A DNA stretch of 63,063 nt, filler included, from Phoronis australis (Eukaryota > Animalia > Phoronida), in assembly GCA_002633005.1 (NCBI GenBank). It is 6 parts of 6 records of this genome, joined end to end, with 100 filler letters (N's around TTAATTAATTAA, not from the genome) between each part and the next. Parts side by side here need not be neighbours in the genome. Positions count along the whole stretch, not along the records: positions 1 to 31,676 come from NMRA01001277.1; 5 more parts are not named here. One strand, given 5' to 3'. The notes under the pieces are model-generated. The model ran no database searches and was not told the DNA's origin. It saw only the letters and a list, made by a program, of their open reading frames with translations. Both the position numbers and the translations under genes were made by a program. Positions 1-13,620 of this stretch are shown here, piece after piece; position 1 is the first letter of the stretch, and each line of letters begins with the position of its first letter.

Positions 1-3000
1 AAGCCTATTGTTTTTCGTCAAAATCGGATCCAAGATGGCGGCTGTGGCGGCCATTTTGTTTCCATTTAAAGGTTCAATTGCTTCTGGAGGCTACAATTTT
101 TTACGTAAAAGGCTAAGAATTGGCACAGTAAATGGACCGGAAGTTTGCTACAAGGTTACCTGAAATTGTTTACTTCCGGTTAAAGATAGCGGAAATATCG
201 GTGATCGCGCATGCGCACCTCGATTTTGGCCTAAAAACGTTTTCTCCTCTAGAGGGCGCATTATAAAACCAATTCCTTTGAATTTTTACAGGTATTACTT
301 CCCTATAACATGCTATTATACAAAGCCGAAAAACCGGAAGTTGCATTCAAGATGGCGGATCTTGTGCATGTTGACCTATTTTCAGTCGTACGTAGATGCT
401 ATTTAAACGGGTGAAGGAAAAGACGTGAATTTTTGCATGTGGATTCTCTAAGGTATATTCTTTCAAATGAACTATAACAATTTTTTTCTCAGACTTACCG
501 TTTTCGAGTTATTTGAGTTTGAATTTCTTAAAAAAAATGTGCATGTTGACCTATTTTCAGTCGTACGTAGATGCTATTTAAACGGGTGAAGGAAAAGACG
601 TGAATTTTTGCATATGGATTTTCTAAGGTATATTCTTTCAAATGAACTGTAACAATTTTTTCTCAGACTTACCGTTTTTGAGTTATTTGACTTTGAATTT
701 TTTTTAAAAAAAAGCAAAATTTCATTTTTTTCGAAAAATTTACGGAATTAAGCGATACCATCAGCTTAGATAGGGCTTTGAACGGACTTTCAGGAGATGC
801 TTTTCATTTTTCTCTACGACGTCTACTTTTCGAGTTATTTGAGATTTTGTGATAACGCTGCTCCTTTGTTGAGCGCTCATGCTGCATTCAGGTTGGTTTA
901 GCTTCTATTGAACTAGACTGCAGCCTATTTCTTAATGATTTATGACATCTAAATTCGTCATGTGAATGTAATGATGTTCTTCATCATGGCCACCACCATC
1001 ATCATATTCGTCATCATCGTCATCATCTTCGTCATCATCTCCGTCGTTGTCTTTTCCTTAATTTCGCCAAGTGTCGCTCAAGACTGTAGCCTTTTTCTTA
1101 CTGATTTCAGACTTCTACGTTCGTCATGTGTATGTTATTATTACTTCTTTTGTTCATCTTCGCCACCATCGTCGTCATATTCGTCATATTCGTCATCATC
1201 TTTATAGTCATCTTTTTGGTTAATTTCGCCAAGTTTCGCTCCTCATTTTTTTTTTGTTTGTTCGCTCTCTACAGGTCGCAATTCTGGTCTGATTTTCACG
1301 AAATTTGCACACAACAGGTAGATCGGGAATCACTAGAACGCTATTGTTTTTGGTCATGATCAAATACAAAATGGCGGACGTGGCGGCCATTTTGTATCCG
1401 ATTTCACAGTCAAAAACTCGTAGAGGCCGCATTTTTCGACCTTCATGGCTGAAAATCGGTACGAATATACTAGAACGCATGTGCTACAATTGTGCAGAAA
1501 ATAGTTGACTTCCAATTAAAGATGGACGTGGCGCATGCGCACCCCGAAATAGGGCTAAAAACGTTTTCTCCTGTAGAGGGCGCAATTGCAAACCAATCAC
1601 TTTCAAACTGGTCAGGTGTTCGTTAAGATTAATAAGCTTTTATAAAAAATTATTGAACCGGAAGTCACCTTCAAGATGGCGGCTGTGGGGCATGTTCACA
1701 CGGTTTCAATCGCTCTGCTGTCGCAATTTTTATGGGAAGAGCAAATGACGTGAATTTTTGCATGTGGATTTCTTGAAGTATGGCTTTTCAAAAAGTCTGC
1801 GAGAGCGTATTTCTCAGACTTACCGTTTTCGAGTTATTTGACTTTGAATTTCAAAAAAACGGCAAATTTTCGATTTTCTCAAAAAGTTTTTGGATTTTTG
1901 CCAAACTACCTCTTTAGATAGAGATTTGAATGGGCTTTCAGATGATATTTTTCATTTTGTGCTACGACGTCTACTTTTTGAATTATTCGAGATTTTCGGA
2001 TACCGTTGTTCCTATGCAAGCGCGCAGGTGGCTGGCTTTCAGTTCACTTTGTTTTGGTTATGCCTAGTTGACCCAGACTGACCCAGCCAGCACTGTTCTA
2101 CTGTAGACTGGACCGTCATGTGGCGCCATCTATTGTTCTTTATTGTAGTTGATTGTATGCTCTCTATTTGATTTCGTCGCTAGTCACATGAATGTTATCG
2201 TGTTTGCTAAACTACCATTTTAGATAGAGTTTTGAACGGGCTTTCAGAAGATATTTTCCATTATGCGCTACGACGTATACTTTTTGATTTATTCGAGATT
2301 TACGGATACCGTTGTTCCAATTCGGTCACGCAGCTGGCTGGCTTTGTTTTGGTTATGCTTACTTGACCCAGACTGACCCAGCTAGCAGTGTCCTACTGTG
2401 GCATAGCTCTCTGTAGACTCTACAATTCCAGGGCAAGTACTTATTGTAAACATAACTTTCCTTTGCAGACTGTCACATAGCGCCACCTATTTTAGAATGT
2501 GGGAACAGACATGCCTCGTCCGCCATGCTGGGCCATCTATTGTTCTTTATTGTAGTTGATTGTCTGCTCTCTATTTGATTTCTTCGCTAGTCACATGAAT
2601 GTTATCGTGTTATNNNNNNNNNNNNNNNNNNNNNNNNNNNNNNNNNNNNNNNNNNNNNNNNNNNNNNNNNNNNNNNNNNNNNNNNNNNNNNNNNNNNNNN
2701 NNNNNNNNNNNNNNNNNNNNNNNNNNNNNNNNNNNNNNNNNNNNNNNNNNNNNNNNNNNNNNNNNNNNNNNNNNNNNNNNNNNNNNNNNNNNNNNNNNNN
2801 NNNNNNNNNNNNNNNNNNNNNNNNNNNNNNNNNNNNNNNNNNNNNNNNNNNNNNNNNNNNNNNNNNNNNNNNNNNNNNNNNNNNNNNNNNNNNNNNNNNN
2901 NNNNNNNNNNNNNNNNNNNNNNNNNNNNNNNNNNNNNNNNNNNNNNNNNNNNNNNNNNNNNNNNNNNNNNNNNNNNNNNNNNNNNNNNNNNNNNNNNNNN

Positions 3001-6000
3001 NNNNNNNNNNNNNNNNNNNNNNNNNNNNNNNNNNNNNNNNNNNNNNNNNNNNNNNNNNNNNNNNNNNNNNNNNNNNNNNNNNNNNNNNNNNNNNNNNNNN
3101 NNNNNNNNNNNNNNNNNNNNNNNNNNNNNNNNNNNNNNNNNNNNNNNNNNNNNNNNNNNNNNNNNNNNNNNNNNNNNNNNNNNNNNNNNNNNNNNNNNNN
3201 NNNNNNNNNNNNNNNNNNNNNNNNNNNNNNNNNNNNNNNNNNNNNNNNNNNNNNNNNNNNNNNNNNNNNNNNNNNNNNNNNNNNNNNNNNNNNNNNNNNN
3301 NNNNNNNNNNNNNNNNNNNNNNNNNNNNNNNNNNNNNNNNNNNNNNNNNNNNNNNNNNNNNNNNNNNNNNNNNNNNNNNNNNNNNNNNNNNNNNNNNNNN
3401 NNNNNNNNNNNNNNNNNNNNNNNNNNNNNNNNNNNNNNNNNNNNNNNNNNNNNNNNNNNNNNNNNNNNNNNNNNNNNNNNNNNNNNNNNNNNNNNNNNNN
3501 NNNNNNNNNNNNNNNNNNNNNNNNNNNNNNNNNGATACAGGTCGCAATTTTCGTCCGATCATCACGAAATTTACACATAACACGTACTTCCGGAAGTACT
3601 GGAAGCCTATTGTTTTTCGTCAAAATCGGATCCAAGATGGCGGCTGTGGCGGCCATTTTGTTTCCATTTAAAGGTTCAAATGCTTCTGGAGGCTACAATT
3701 TTTTACGTAAAAGGCTAAGAATCGGCACAGTAAATGGACCGGAAGTTTGCTACAAGTATACCGGAAATTGTTTACTTCCGGCTAAAGATGGCGGAAATAT
3801 CGGCGATCGCGCATGTGCACCTCGATTTTGGCTTAAAAACGTTTTCTCCTCTAGAGGGCGCATTATCAAACCAATTCCTTCGAATTTTTACAGGTATTAG
3901 TTTCTTGTAACATGCTATTATACAAAACCGAAAAACCGGAAGTTGCTTTCAAGATGGCGGATATGGCGCATGTTGACCCATTTTCAGGCGTCTGGAGTGC
4001 GATTTTAAACCGGAAGAGAAAAAGACGTGATTTTTTGCATGTAGATTCTTTGAAGTATTACCTTTCAAATGGCCTGTACCAATTTTTCTCTCAGACTTAC
4101 CGTTTTCGAGTTATTTGACTTTGACATTCTTAAAAAAAACGCAAAATTTCATTTTTTTTCGAAAAATTTACGGAATTAGGCGATACCATCAGTGTAGATA
4201 GAGCTTTGAACGGGCTTTCAGAAGATGCTTTTTATTTTTTTCTACGACGTCTATTTTTCGAGTTATTTGAGATTTTGTGATAACGCTGCTCCTTTGTTGA
4301 GCGCTCTTGCTGCATTCAGGTTGGTTTAGCTTCTATTGAACTAGACTGCAGCCTATTTCTTAATGATTTATGACATCTAAATACGTCATATGAATGTTAT
4401 GATGTTCTTCATCATGGCCACCACCATCATCATATTCGTCATCATCGTCATCATCTCCGTCGTTGTCTTTTCCGTTAATTTCGCCAAGTGTCGCTCAAGA
4501 CTGTAGCCTTTTTCTTACTGATTTCAGTCTTCTACGTTCGTCATGTGTATGTTATTATTACTTCTTTTGTTCATCTTCGCCACCATCGTCGTCATATTCG
4601 TCATATTCGTCATCATCTTTATCGTCATCTTTTTGGTTAATTTCGCCAAGTTTCGCTCCTCAGAGCGCTTTCATTTTTTGTTTGTTCGCACGATACAGGT
4701 CGTAATTTTCGTCCGATCATCACAAAATTTACACATAACACGTACTTCCAGAAGTGCTGGAAGCCTAGTGTTTTTCGTCAAAATCGGATCCAAGATGACG
4801 GCTGTGGCGGCCATTTTGTTTTCATTTCAAGGTTCAACTGCTTCTGGAGGCTACAATTTTTACGTAAAAGGCTAAGAATCGGCACAGTAACTGGACCGGA
4901 AGTTTTCTACATGTATATTGGAAATTGTTTACTTCCGAATAAAGATGGCGGAAATATCGGCGATCGCGCATGCGCACCTCGATTTTGGCCTAAAAACGTT
5001 TTCTCCTGTAGAGGGCGCATTATCAGACCAATTCCTTCCAATTTTTACAGGTAGTAGTTTCTTATGACATGCTACTATACTGATCCAAAAAACCGGAAGT
5101 TGCTTTCAAGATGGCGGATCTGGCGCATGTTGACCCATTTTCAGTCGTGCTGAAGTTCGATTTTAAACGGGAAGAGAAAAAGACGTGATTTTTTGCATGT
5201 GGATTCTTTAAAGTATATTCTTTCAAATGGCCTGTAACAATTTTTTCTCAGACTTACCGTTTTCGAGTTATTTGACTTTGAATTTCTTAAAAAAAACGCA
5301 AAATTTCATTTTTTTTCGAACAATTTACGGAATTAGGCGATACCACTTGTTTAGATAGAATTTTGAACGGGCTTTCAGAAGATGGTTTCCATTTTTCACT
5401 AGGACATCTACTTTTCGAGGTATTTGAGATTTTCTGACAACGCTGTTCCTTTGTTGAGCGCTCTTGCTGCATTGATGTGGGTTGATCTTCTATTGAAGTA
5501 GACTGTAGCCTATTTCTTACTGATTTATGACATCTAAGTTCGTAACATGAATGTTGTGATGTTGTTCATCATCGCCACCACCATCATCATATTCGTCATC
5601 ATCGTCATCATCTTCGTCATCATCTCCGTCGTTGTCTTTTCCGTTAATTTCGCCAAGTGTCGCACAAGACTGTAGCCTTTTTCTTACTGATTTCGGACTT
5701 CTACGTTCGTCATGTGTATGTTATTATTACTTCTTTTGTTCATCCTCGCCACCATCGTCGTCATATTTGTCATCTTCGTCATCATCTTTATCGTCATCTT
5801 TTTGGTTAATTTCGCCAAGTTTCGCTCCTCAGAGCGCTTTCATTTTTGTTTGTTCGCTCTCCACAGGTTGCAATTCTGGTCCGATTCTCAGGAAATTTGC
5901 ACACAACTTGTAGATCGGAAATCACTGGAAAGCTGTTGTTTTTGGTCATGATCGGACACAAAATGGCGGACGTGGCGGCCATTTTGTATCCGATTTCACA

Positions 6001-9000
6001 GTCAAATACTCGTACACGCCGCATTTTTCAACCTACATGGCTGAAAATCGGCACGAATATACTAGAACGCATGTGCTACAATTCTGCAGAAAATCGTTGA
6101 CTTCTGGTTAAAGATGGCGGAAATATTGGACGTGGCGCATGCGCACCCCGAAATATGGCTAAAAACGTTTTCTCCTGTAGAGGGCGCAATTGCAAACCAA
6201 TCACTTTCAAACTGGTCACGTGTTTGTGGAGTTTAGTAAGCTTTTATAGAAAATTATTGAACCGGAAGTCATCTTCAAGATGGCGGCTGTGGGGCATGTT
6301 CACACGGTTTCAATCGCTCTGGTGTTGCATTTTTATGGGAAGAGGAAATGACGTGAATTTTTGCATGTGGATTCCATAAAGTATGGCCTTTCAAAAAGTC
6401 TGCGAGAGCGTATTTCTCAGACTGACCGTTTTCGAGTTATTAGACTTTGAATTTCAAAAAAAATGGCAAATTTTCAATTTTCTGGAAAAATTTTTGGATT
6501 TTTGCCAAACTACCAATTTAGATAGAGATTTGAACGGGCTTTCAGAAGATATTTTCCATTTTGCGCTACGACGTCTACTTTTTGAATTATTCGTGATTTT
6601 CCGATGCCGTTGTTCCTTCGGACACGTATGCACGCAGCTGGCTGGCTTTCAGTTAGTTCACTTTGTTTTGGTTATGCCTAGTTGACCCAGACTGACCCAG
6701 ACAGCACTGTCCTACTTTAAAGCATGGCTCGTCCGTCATGGGGCGCCATCTAATGTTCTTTATTGTAGTTGATTGTATGCTCTCTATTTGATTTTTTGCT
6801 AGTCACATGAATGTTATCGTGTTTGACAAACTACCACTTTAGATAAAGTTTTGAACGGGCTTTCAGATGATAATTTTCATTTTGCGCTACGAAGTCTACT
6901 TTTTGAATTATTCGAGATTTTCGAATACCGTTGTTCCTTCGGTCACACGCAGCTGGCTGGCTTTCAGCTCTCTTTGTTTTGATTATGCCTAGTTGACCCA
7001 GACTGACCCAGCCAGCACCGGTCTACAGTAGACTGGACCATCATGTGGCGCCATCTATTGTTCTTTATTGTAGTTGATTGTATGCTCTCTATTTGATTTC
7101 GTCGCTAGTCACATGAATGTTATCGTGTTTGCCAAACTACCATTTTAGATAGAGTCTTGAACGGGCTTTCAGAAGATATTTTCCATTTTGCGCAACGACG
7201 TCTACTTTTTGAATTATTCGTGATTTTCGGATGCCGTTGTTCCTTCGGACACGTATGCACGCAGCTGGCTGGCTTTCAGTTAGTTCACTTTGTTTTGGTT
7301 ATGCCTAGTTGACCCAGACTGACCCAGACAGCACTGTTCTACTGTAGACTGGACCGTCATGTTGCGCCGTCTATTGTTCTTTATTGTAGTTCATTATATG
7401 CTCTCTATTCGATTTCTTCGATAGTCACATGAATGTTACCGTGTTATCCATTATTGCCGCCTTGATCGTCATGATTGTCGTCGTCGCTCTCATTGTCGTC
7501 TTTTCGATTAATTCCGCCAAGTGTCGCTCTTCCGAGCGCACTCGTTTTTTTTTACTTGGCGGAATTCTTCGAATTCTGTCAAGTATGTTGGTCTGACAGC
7601 AATTTTTTTTTTGTTTGTTCGCACTCTACAGGTCATAATTTTGTTCCGATTTTCACGAAAATTGCAAACAACGTGTAGATCAAAAAGTCCTAGAAGCCTG
7701 TTGTTTTTAGTCATGATCGGATACAAAATGGCGGAGATGGCGGCCATTTTGTATCCGATTTCACAGTCAAATGCTCGTAAAGGCCGCATTTTTCGACCTA
7801 CATTTCTGAAAATCGGTACGAATATACTACAGCACATGTGCTACGAGTGTGCAGAAAATCGTTGCTTTCCGGTTTAAGATGGCGGAAGTATTTGACGTGG
7901 CGCATGCGCACCCCGAAATGTGGCTAAAAACGTTTTCTCCTGTAGAGGGCGCAATTGCAAACCAATCACTTTCAAACTGGTCACGTGTTTGTTGAGTTTA
8001 ATAAGCTTTTATAAAAAATTATTGAACCGGAAGTCACTTTCAAGATGGCGGCTGTGGGTCATGTTCACACGGTTTCAATCGCTCTGGTGTCGCATTTTAT
8101 ATGGGAAGAGCAAATGACTTGAATTTTTGCATGTGGATTCCTTGAAGTATGGCCTTTTAAAACGTCTGCGAGAGCGTATTTCTCAGACTTACATTTTTCG
8201 AGTTATTTGACTTTGAATTTCGAAAACAAACGGCAAATTTTCAATTTTCCCGAAAATTTTTTGGATTTTTCCCAAACTACCACTTTCGATAGAGTTTTGA
8301 ACGGGCTTTCAGGAGATTTTTTCCGTTTTGCGCTACGACGTCTACTTTGTGAATTATTCGAAATTTTCGGATACCGTTGTTCCTTCGGTCTCCTAGGCAA
8401 GCACGCAGCTGGCTGGCTTTCATTTCACTTTGTTTTGATTATGCCTAGTTGACCCAGACTGACCCAGCCAGCACTGTTCTACTGTAGACTGGACCGTCAT
8501 GTTGCGCCATCTATTGTTCTTTATTGTAGTTGATTGTATGCTCTCTATTTGATTTCTTCGCTAGTCACATGAATGCTATCGTGTTTGCCAAACTAGCACT
8601 TTAGATAGAATTTTGAATGGTCTTTCAGAAGATATTTTCCAGTTTGCGCTACGACGTCTACTTTTTGAATTATTCGAGATTTACGGATACCGTTGTTCCA
8701 ATTCGGTCATCCGCTATGCAAGGACCCAGCTGGCTGGCTTTCAGTTAACTTTGTTTTGGTTTTGCCTAGTTGACCCAGATTGACCCAGCCAGCACTGTCC
8801 TACTGTGACTGAATAGCGCTCTGTAGACTGTACAATTTCACGCCAAATACTTATTGTAAACATAACTTTGCTTTGCAGACTGTCACATAGCGCCACCTAT
8901 TTTAGAATGTGGGAAAAGAGATGGCTCGTCCGTCATGTTGCGCCATCTATTGTTCTTTATTGTAGTTGATTGTATGCTCTCTAATTGATTTCTTCGCTAG

Positions 9001-9120
9001 TCACATGAATGTTATCGTGTTATTCATAATTGCCGTCTTGATCGTAATGATTATCGTCGTCTCCCTCATCGTCGTCTTTTCGATTAATTCCGCCAAGTGT
9101 CGCTCCTCCGAGCGCTCTCG
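1..9120 (+). mobile_element. Tandem/higher-order array of non-autonomous Helentron-type (HINE/DINE-1-like) elements
   Basis: Repeated ~0.9-1.2 kb modules: type A at ~1, 3540, 4690 and type B at ~1240, 5830, 7600, plus ~300-bp sub-repeats and (TCATCG/TCA)n spacers. 3' ends read AATTCCGCCAAGT + hairpin + T-run (7510-7553, 9086-9124). A 5' end ACTTGGCGGAATT with an adjacent inverted copy is at 7554-7584. Gap at 2614-3533. Confidence 0.75.
7554..9120 (+). mobile_element. One complete HINE-like unit
   Basis: Starts after a T9 run with ACTTGGCGGAATTCttcGAATTCTGTCAAGT (subTIR forming a stem-loop). Ends with the exact reverse complement AATTCCGCCAAGT, hairpin CGCTC-ctcc-GAGCG, then CTCG-TTTT. Confidence 0.75.
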
Positions 9121-11839
9121 TTTTATTTTGTAGAACCGTCCTCTGAATTTGTTTTACCAAAACTACATCAATGGAAAGTTTATTTTACAATAGAGAATAA
9201 TTATTTCGATTCTGAAAATATTTTTATTTTTTCGCATTAACATTTGTTTACGCTGCTGCTAACATTTTTTACTTTCAATTTAATTCTGTAATGATTGATG
9301 TGTTATTCCATTAGTTACAATGAGCGCTTAGACGCCGAATATATTTACACATATGAGCTTAGATTACATTAATTTGTCAACAAACTCTAAACATATTGGT
9401 CGTTAAGTGTCCGAGGTGTCTTTGTCCAATAAGTCCATGTTCCATCCACGGCAGCGATACAACAAATACACATACAGCATTGTCCAAGGTCCCTATCAAA
9501 CGTGTCACGTAAACGACTTACTATACTGCATTATGCACAGCAGCGCTCGACACTGGCGAAAACTCCCGCTCAAAAATACGAGTGACACTATATTTGCCTA
9601 TTTGCCAGTCGTATTCCCGGATTTAGGATCGTAAAAACGGACGACCTCAGGGAAAAAAACAGTGAGGGTGATTTTCTTCTTGTATTTTCCACTCGTATCT
9701 TGATCGCTTTATTTGCAATTCACGGAGTCCACCAGAGGGTTGACCGCTGGGTATATCGACTTGTTAGTGTCTTCTACAACGCATGTTGCAAGAATGGCTG
9801 AGTTATTGAAATTGACGCTTACCTGGTCTTAAGTCTATCAGTCTCTTACACTACACAACAAATTATTTTTCAAAAGAACCGTTCTTTCCTAGCAGTTTTA
9901 AGACCCAAATCCCGACCCTGTTCACATTTCAAGCCGAAGTAAAAATATTCCTCACGTGATATTTTTCACTGACCTATTTTTTCCATATATAGAGCATGTA
10001 AACAGTGCCAAAGCAGCAAAGCCGAATCACCCAATTATGGAATTCTGCACGAACTCGAAGTACACTTTGTTTCATGCGAAATTAGTTATTGAATTCGCAA
10101 CCTACATCAGACAAAATATTTTCTTCTTGTGAAATTTGCACTACATCATTCTCGCGCATCAATTCGTCATTCGGCCTTAGCATTCAAGGCCTCGCGGAAG
10201 TTTTAGACAGGAATTTTTTTAATCGTTCGAGTTGAAAAAACAGCGCAAACAAATGGAGGAAGTTTGCGTTTAGATTTATGTCATTTCCATATTCAACGAC
10301 TTTAATGACATTCGTACGGTAGGTCATTCCTAGAATTTTAGCGGGCATTTTTCAACATACATTTTGTCTTTTTTCAAATTGCGTACTTAGGCACTCGAAT
10401 ACACGTGTCGGTTAGAGAGCGCCGATTTAACTTTCTTGTGTGCAACTAGCCTTACGGTAACGGGAAATCCTTTGCACTTCGCGTCTGTGTACTTCAGTTT
10501 CAAAGGTCTTATGTGACAAGGGCGCCCACACCTCGCCAGAGTTTTATCGCCGTTAATTCGGATGTTTAAATGATAATTACCAAGAGGACGCGTGACTTCT
10601 CAGAACACTGGGTCGCGAAGAACGCTTATCGCCAAGTGTCGGACACGTGGTTATCGGCAATTGCGACCAAAAAAATGCCGAACGTCATCTGCGTGCCCGC
10701 TCTAATAATATTTGTATTTCACTTTTTCTTGTTAGAGCGTTTACTCGCTTTCGCACAGGTGAGAAAAAGGTTTAAAATCTGTGTCCCGCCTTTGCCAACT
10801 TTTTGTTTTTGCATATCAACGCCTTACTTACAGGGTAATTACTGATAAAAAATTCTCTCGTTCTGTTCCGTTTAAGGAGTATTTCCGGCCTTTCTGAAAC
10901 CAGTGAGTATCATCTTGTACACGTGTTTAAGAGTTCATATAATACCCACTCGCTTAATTTCAATATACTTTGATAGCTCGTGTACATGTGGTCTTGAGAT
11001 AAGTGTGTTTCTAATTAATTGAAGAAATTCAACCAAAAGGTCTGATCATCTCAGCTGTGGTTCAGCAAGGTGATCTACGGCTACATGGAATAGAACTGAT
11101 TACGTCACATCCCTAACAACTACTCGAAACAGGAGACAAACTGGCGGAAGCCTATTTTGTAGTAGGAGAACTGTGCAAACGGGCAAAATTCAACGAGCGC
11201 AACTGTTAAATTCGAAAACTCATGTCACATCATGTGTGAACCATACAGTATTAGCGCATTAGCATCGATCTGAATCACATTTTTTCAAAAAGAAAGATTA
11301 ACTGGTAGTTTTCGAATTTTATATTTTGACCTAGTGCAATTCAATTTTCCATACAAAACTGAGAGGATTAGAACCGAGATGACGTAATATTCTGAACTGT
11401 ATCAGTACGCTGGCTCACATTTTCCGTCCCCATTGATCTTGTAGATTTTTAAAATAAAAGCAAAAGAAACACAAATTCTCGCGAGTATTTATGATGAAAA
11501 TGTTTGGTTGCCTGGGATAAATTTTGTGTAATTATGTTTAACTTTGTGAATTTTATTCATGCATCATTATGGTCGCATATGTCTATTGAAGGTTTTATTA
11601 CATAATTCCCGGCCATTGCATCTTTGATCTTTGAAGACTATGCTGGAACAGCTAGTCACGCGAAGGATGACGATTTCTGTCTGTTTGTTGTCAACATGAG
11701 CTTGTTAAATCTCTCAGGTTCTCTTTGTTTCCGTCCTGATTTTGCCTGAACTGTGTCAAGCCAAGGACACTTATGTTTAGCTGTTTGTCTCCATTCTTTG
11801 TGACGGTTAGGCAGTTTTGAACGTTTTGAAGATCTTGTC

Positions 11840-13620
11840 TTGAACATTTATATCGCCTAAACTGCTATTGAAATCGTTGTTTTGGTATCAAAATATGTTT
11901 GTTTTTTGCTAAATTTTACTTAAAATATGGTCACGTGACCCAATTAATGTCACATTAGTAAAAATCAAATTCTTAAGGCTTTCTACATTCAGAAAATATA
12001 CGCTCAAGGTTCACATCTATAGCTCAGTATATACTTGTCTAAACACGCAGATTTGTACTACGTAAATTACGACCAGGCTGTCACATGCGTAGATCCCGAA
12101 GGTGGCCGAAGGGTTCCAGATCCTTCCTGTTCGGTTTCTTTTAAATTGCTACAATATAACAACCTCAAGCTCCCCTTTGTCTTATTTCATGAAACTTTTT
12201 CTGTCTTAATTTGGACAAAAATCGGGCTAACTAAAGACCAAAATGTCTTAGCCCTATTGCATGAAATTCTTTAAGACCAAAATTAAGACCGAAGTGGATC
12301 TGAGCTAAGACAGAATGTTAGCCTGTTACGCAGTCGGCTTAAAATTAGAGTTTTGGTCTAAATAATGAAAAATACTATTATCAGACTATCAACATTGTGA
12401 ACTGTTGAGGAACAAGCATTGCTGATACTTTTCACAATATAGTGTCCTTAAAGTGCTTAAAATCACCAATTTCATACTAAAAACATCCAAACTGCCCACC
12501 AGTCGATCAGCTTCTAAATTAGAACACCCGATAACACTAACTGACGAAATGTTAATTAGCTGATCTTGAACATTTATTGGTCGATACATACTACATAAAA
12601 TCGGAACAACCAATCACAGCGCTATTCATCCTCCAGTGTGTTTAGTGTAAAAAGTCGTCAGATATTGCTGCTTGTTTTCTTTCGGATTATGGTATAGTAA
12701 GGAGTGGCGAGGCGTTGCGTTTGTGGTGGTTAAGACACATTAGTATTTGACCACGCTTTGGCTCTTTTCACGTTTCCATGGGACAACGGAAAAGCGCGGA
12801 CATGGCACATGTCTGTATAAGAAACTCGCGTGTTGGTGGACACAACACACTGGCGCTTGGTACGATCATACGTAACACTCGTGTCCCTGAAGCTACGAAA
12901 CTTTCAATTGAAGTCGCTTTTATCCTATTTTCTCGTTTTTGGATATAGAATTCACGATTGTGATATTCAGTGCGATAAGGGAAGGTTTAATGCTGCTGAC
13001 AATGTAGTCACTTGTTAGTGGTAGTTTTAAGCAATTTAAACAATGTCAAGTTGAAGATCGTCTGTTTTCGAAATCGAGAGCGGACAGCGAGCCGAATGCA
13101 AAATGCTGTGCAAACAACATTTTAGAGAAGAAGGCAGTGTGATCTGTTGAGTGTCTGCTTCCTTTACTCTAAGTCATGGGTTGAAGGCTCACTGTGGCAA
13201 ACTGCTACACCCTTGAGTCAAGTCTCTAGCTCCTTAACTCGGTGTTAACCAGACATTAATAAAGCATAAAAATGGTTCCTGGTAATCAGTGCAGTGGGAC
13301 CACATAAAGGGACTGCGCACGTCTGGTACAACGTGTACCAGACCGCTTGTAATTATGTTCACACATTTTTAATGAGTACTACATCACCCTAATACCTACA
13401 AAACTGTAGATTTTAGACTGATTGAATGTATAAAATATACATTTAGAAGAAGAAAGCGCTCAGATTTTGATTTTTGATTTTTCACCAACTTGACATTAAT
13501 TAGGTCACGTGACCACGTCTTTACAGTAAAATTTAGTGAAAAAGAAAGGTACACTGATTCCAAACCAAACATATCGATAATATGATCAAATTGTTTTCGA
13601 TGTAAATGTTGAACACTATC
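11840..13620. repeat. Diverged inverted repeat pair (~11840-12000 and ~13430-13620)
   Basis: ctaaattttact..tggtcacgtgacccaattaatgtcacattagtaaaaatc at ~11910-11965 matches the reverse complement of gatttttcaccaacttgacattaattaggtcacgtgaccacg..agtaaaatttag at ~13476-13536. Confidence 0.6.
13133..13330 (+). mobile_element. Degenerate tRNA-derived SINE (tentative)
   Basis: A-box-like ggcagtgtgatctgttg, B-box-like gggttgaaggctc, then cccttgagtcaagtctctag and aaatggttcctgg, resembling CORE-type SINE bodies. Heavily diverged. Confidence 0.3.

Noticed and set aside
962-1359. Hydrophobic or Ser-rich ORFs resembling membrane or signal peptides (repeated at 4463 and 5632)
   Set aside because: They are translations of the (TCATCG/TCA)n spacer in the repeat array.
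2556-3900. Long ORFs of 240-430 aa (also 50778-51644, and shorter ones at 57077-57526 and 59764-60152)
   Set aside because: They are open only because they run through N gaps.
1-9120. CRISPR array or rDNA
   Set aside because: Units are 150-1200 bp with no unique spacers, no cas genes and no rRNA motifs; the context is eukaryotic.
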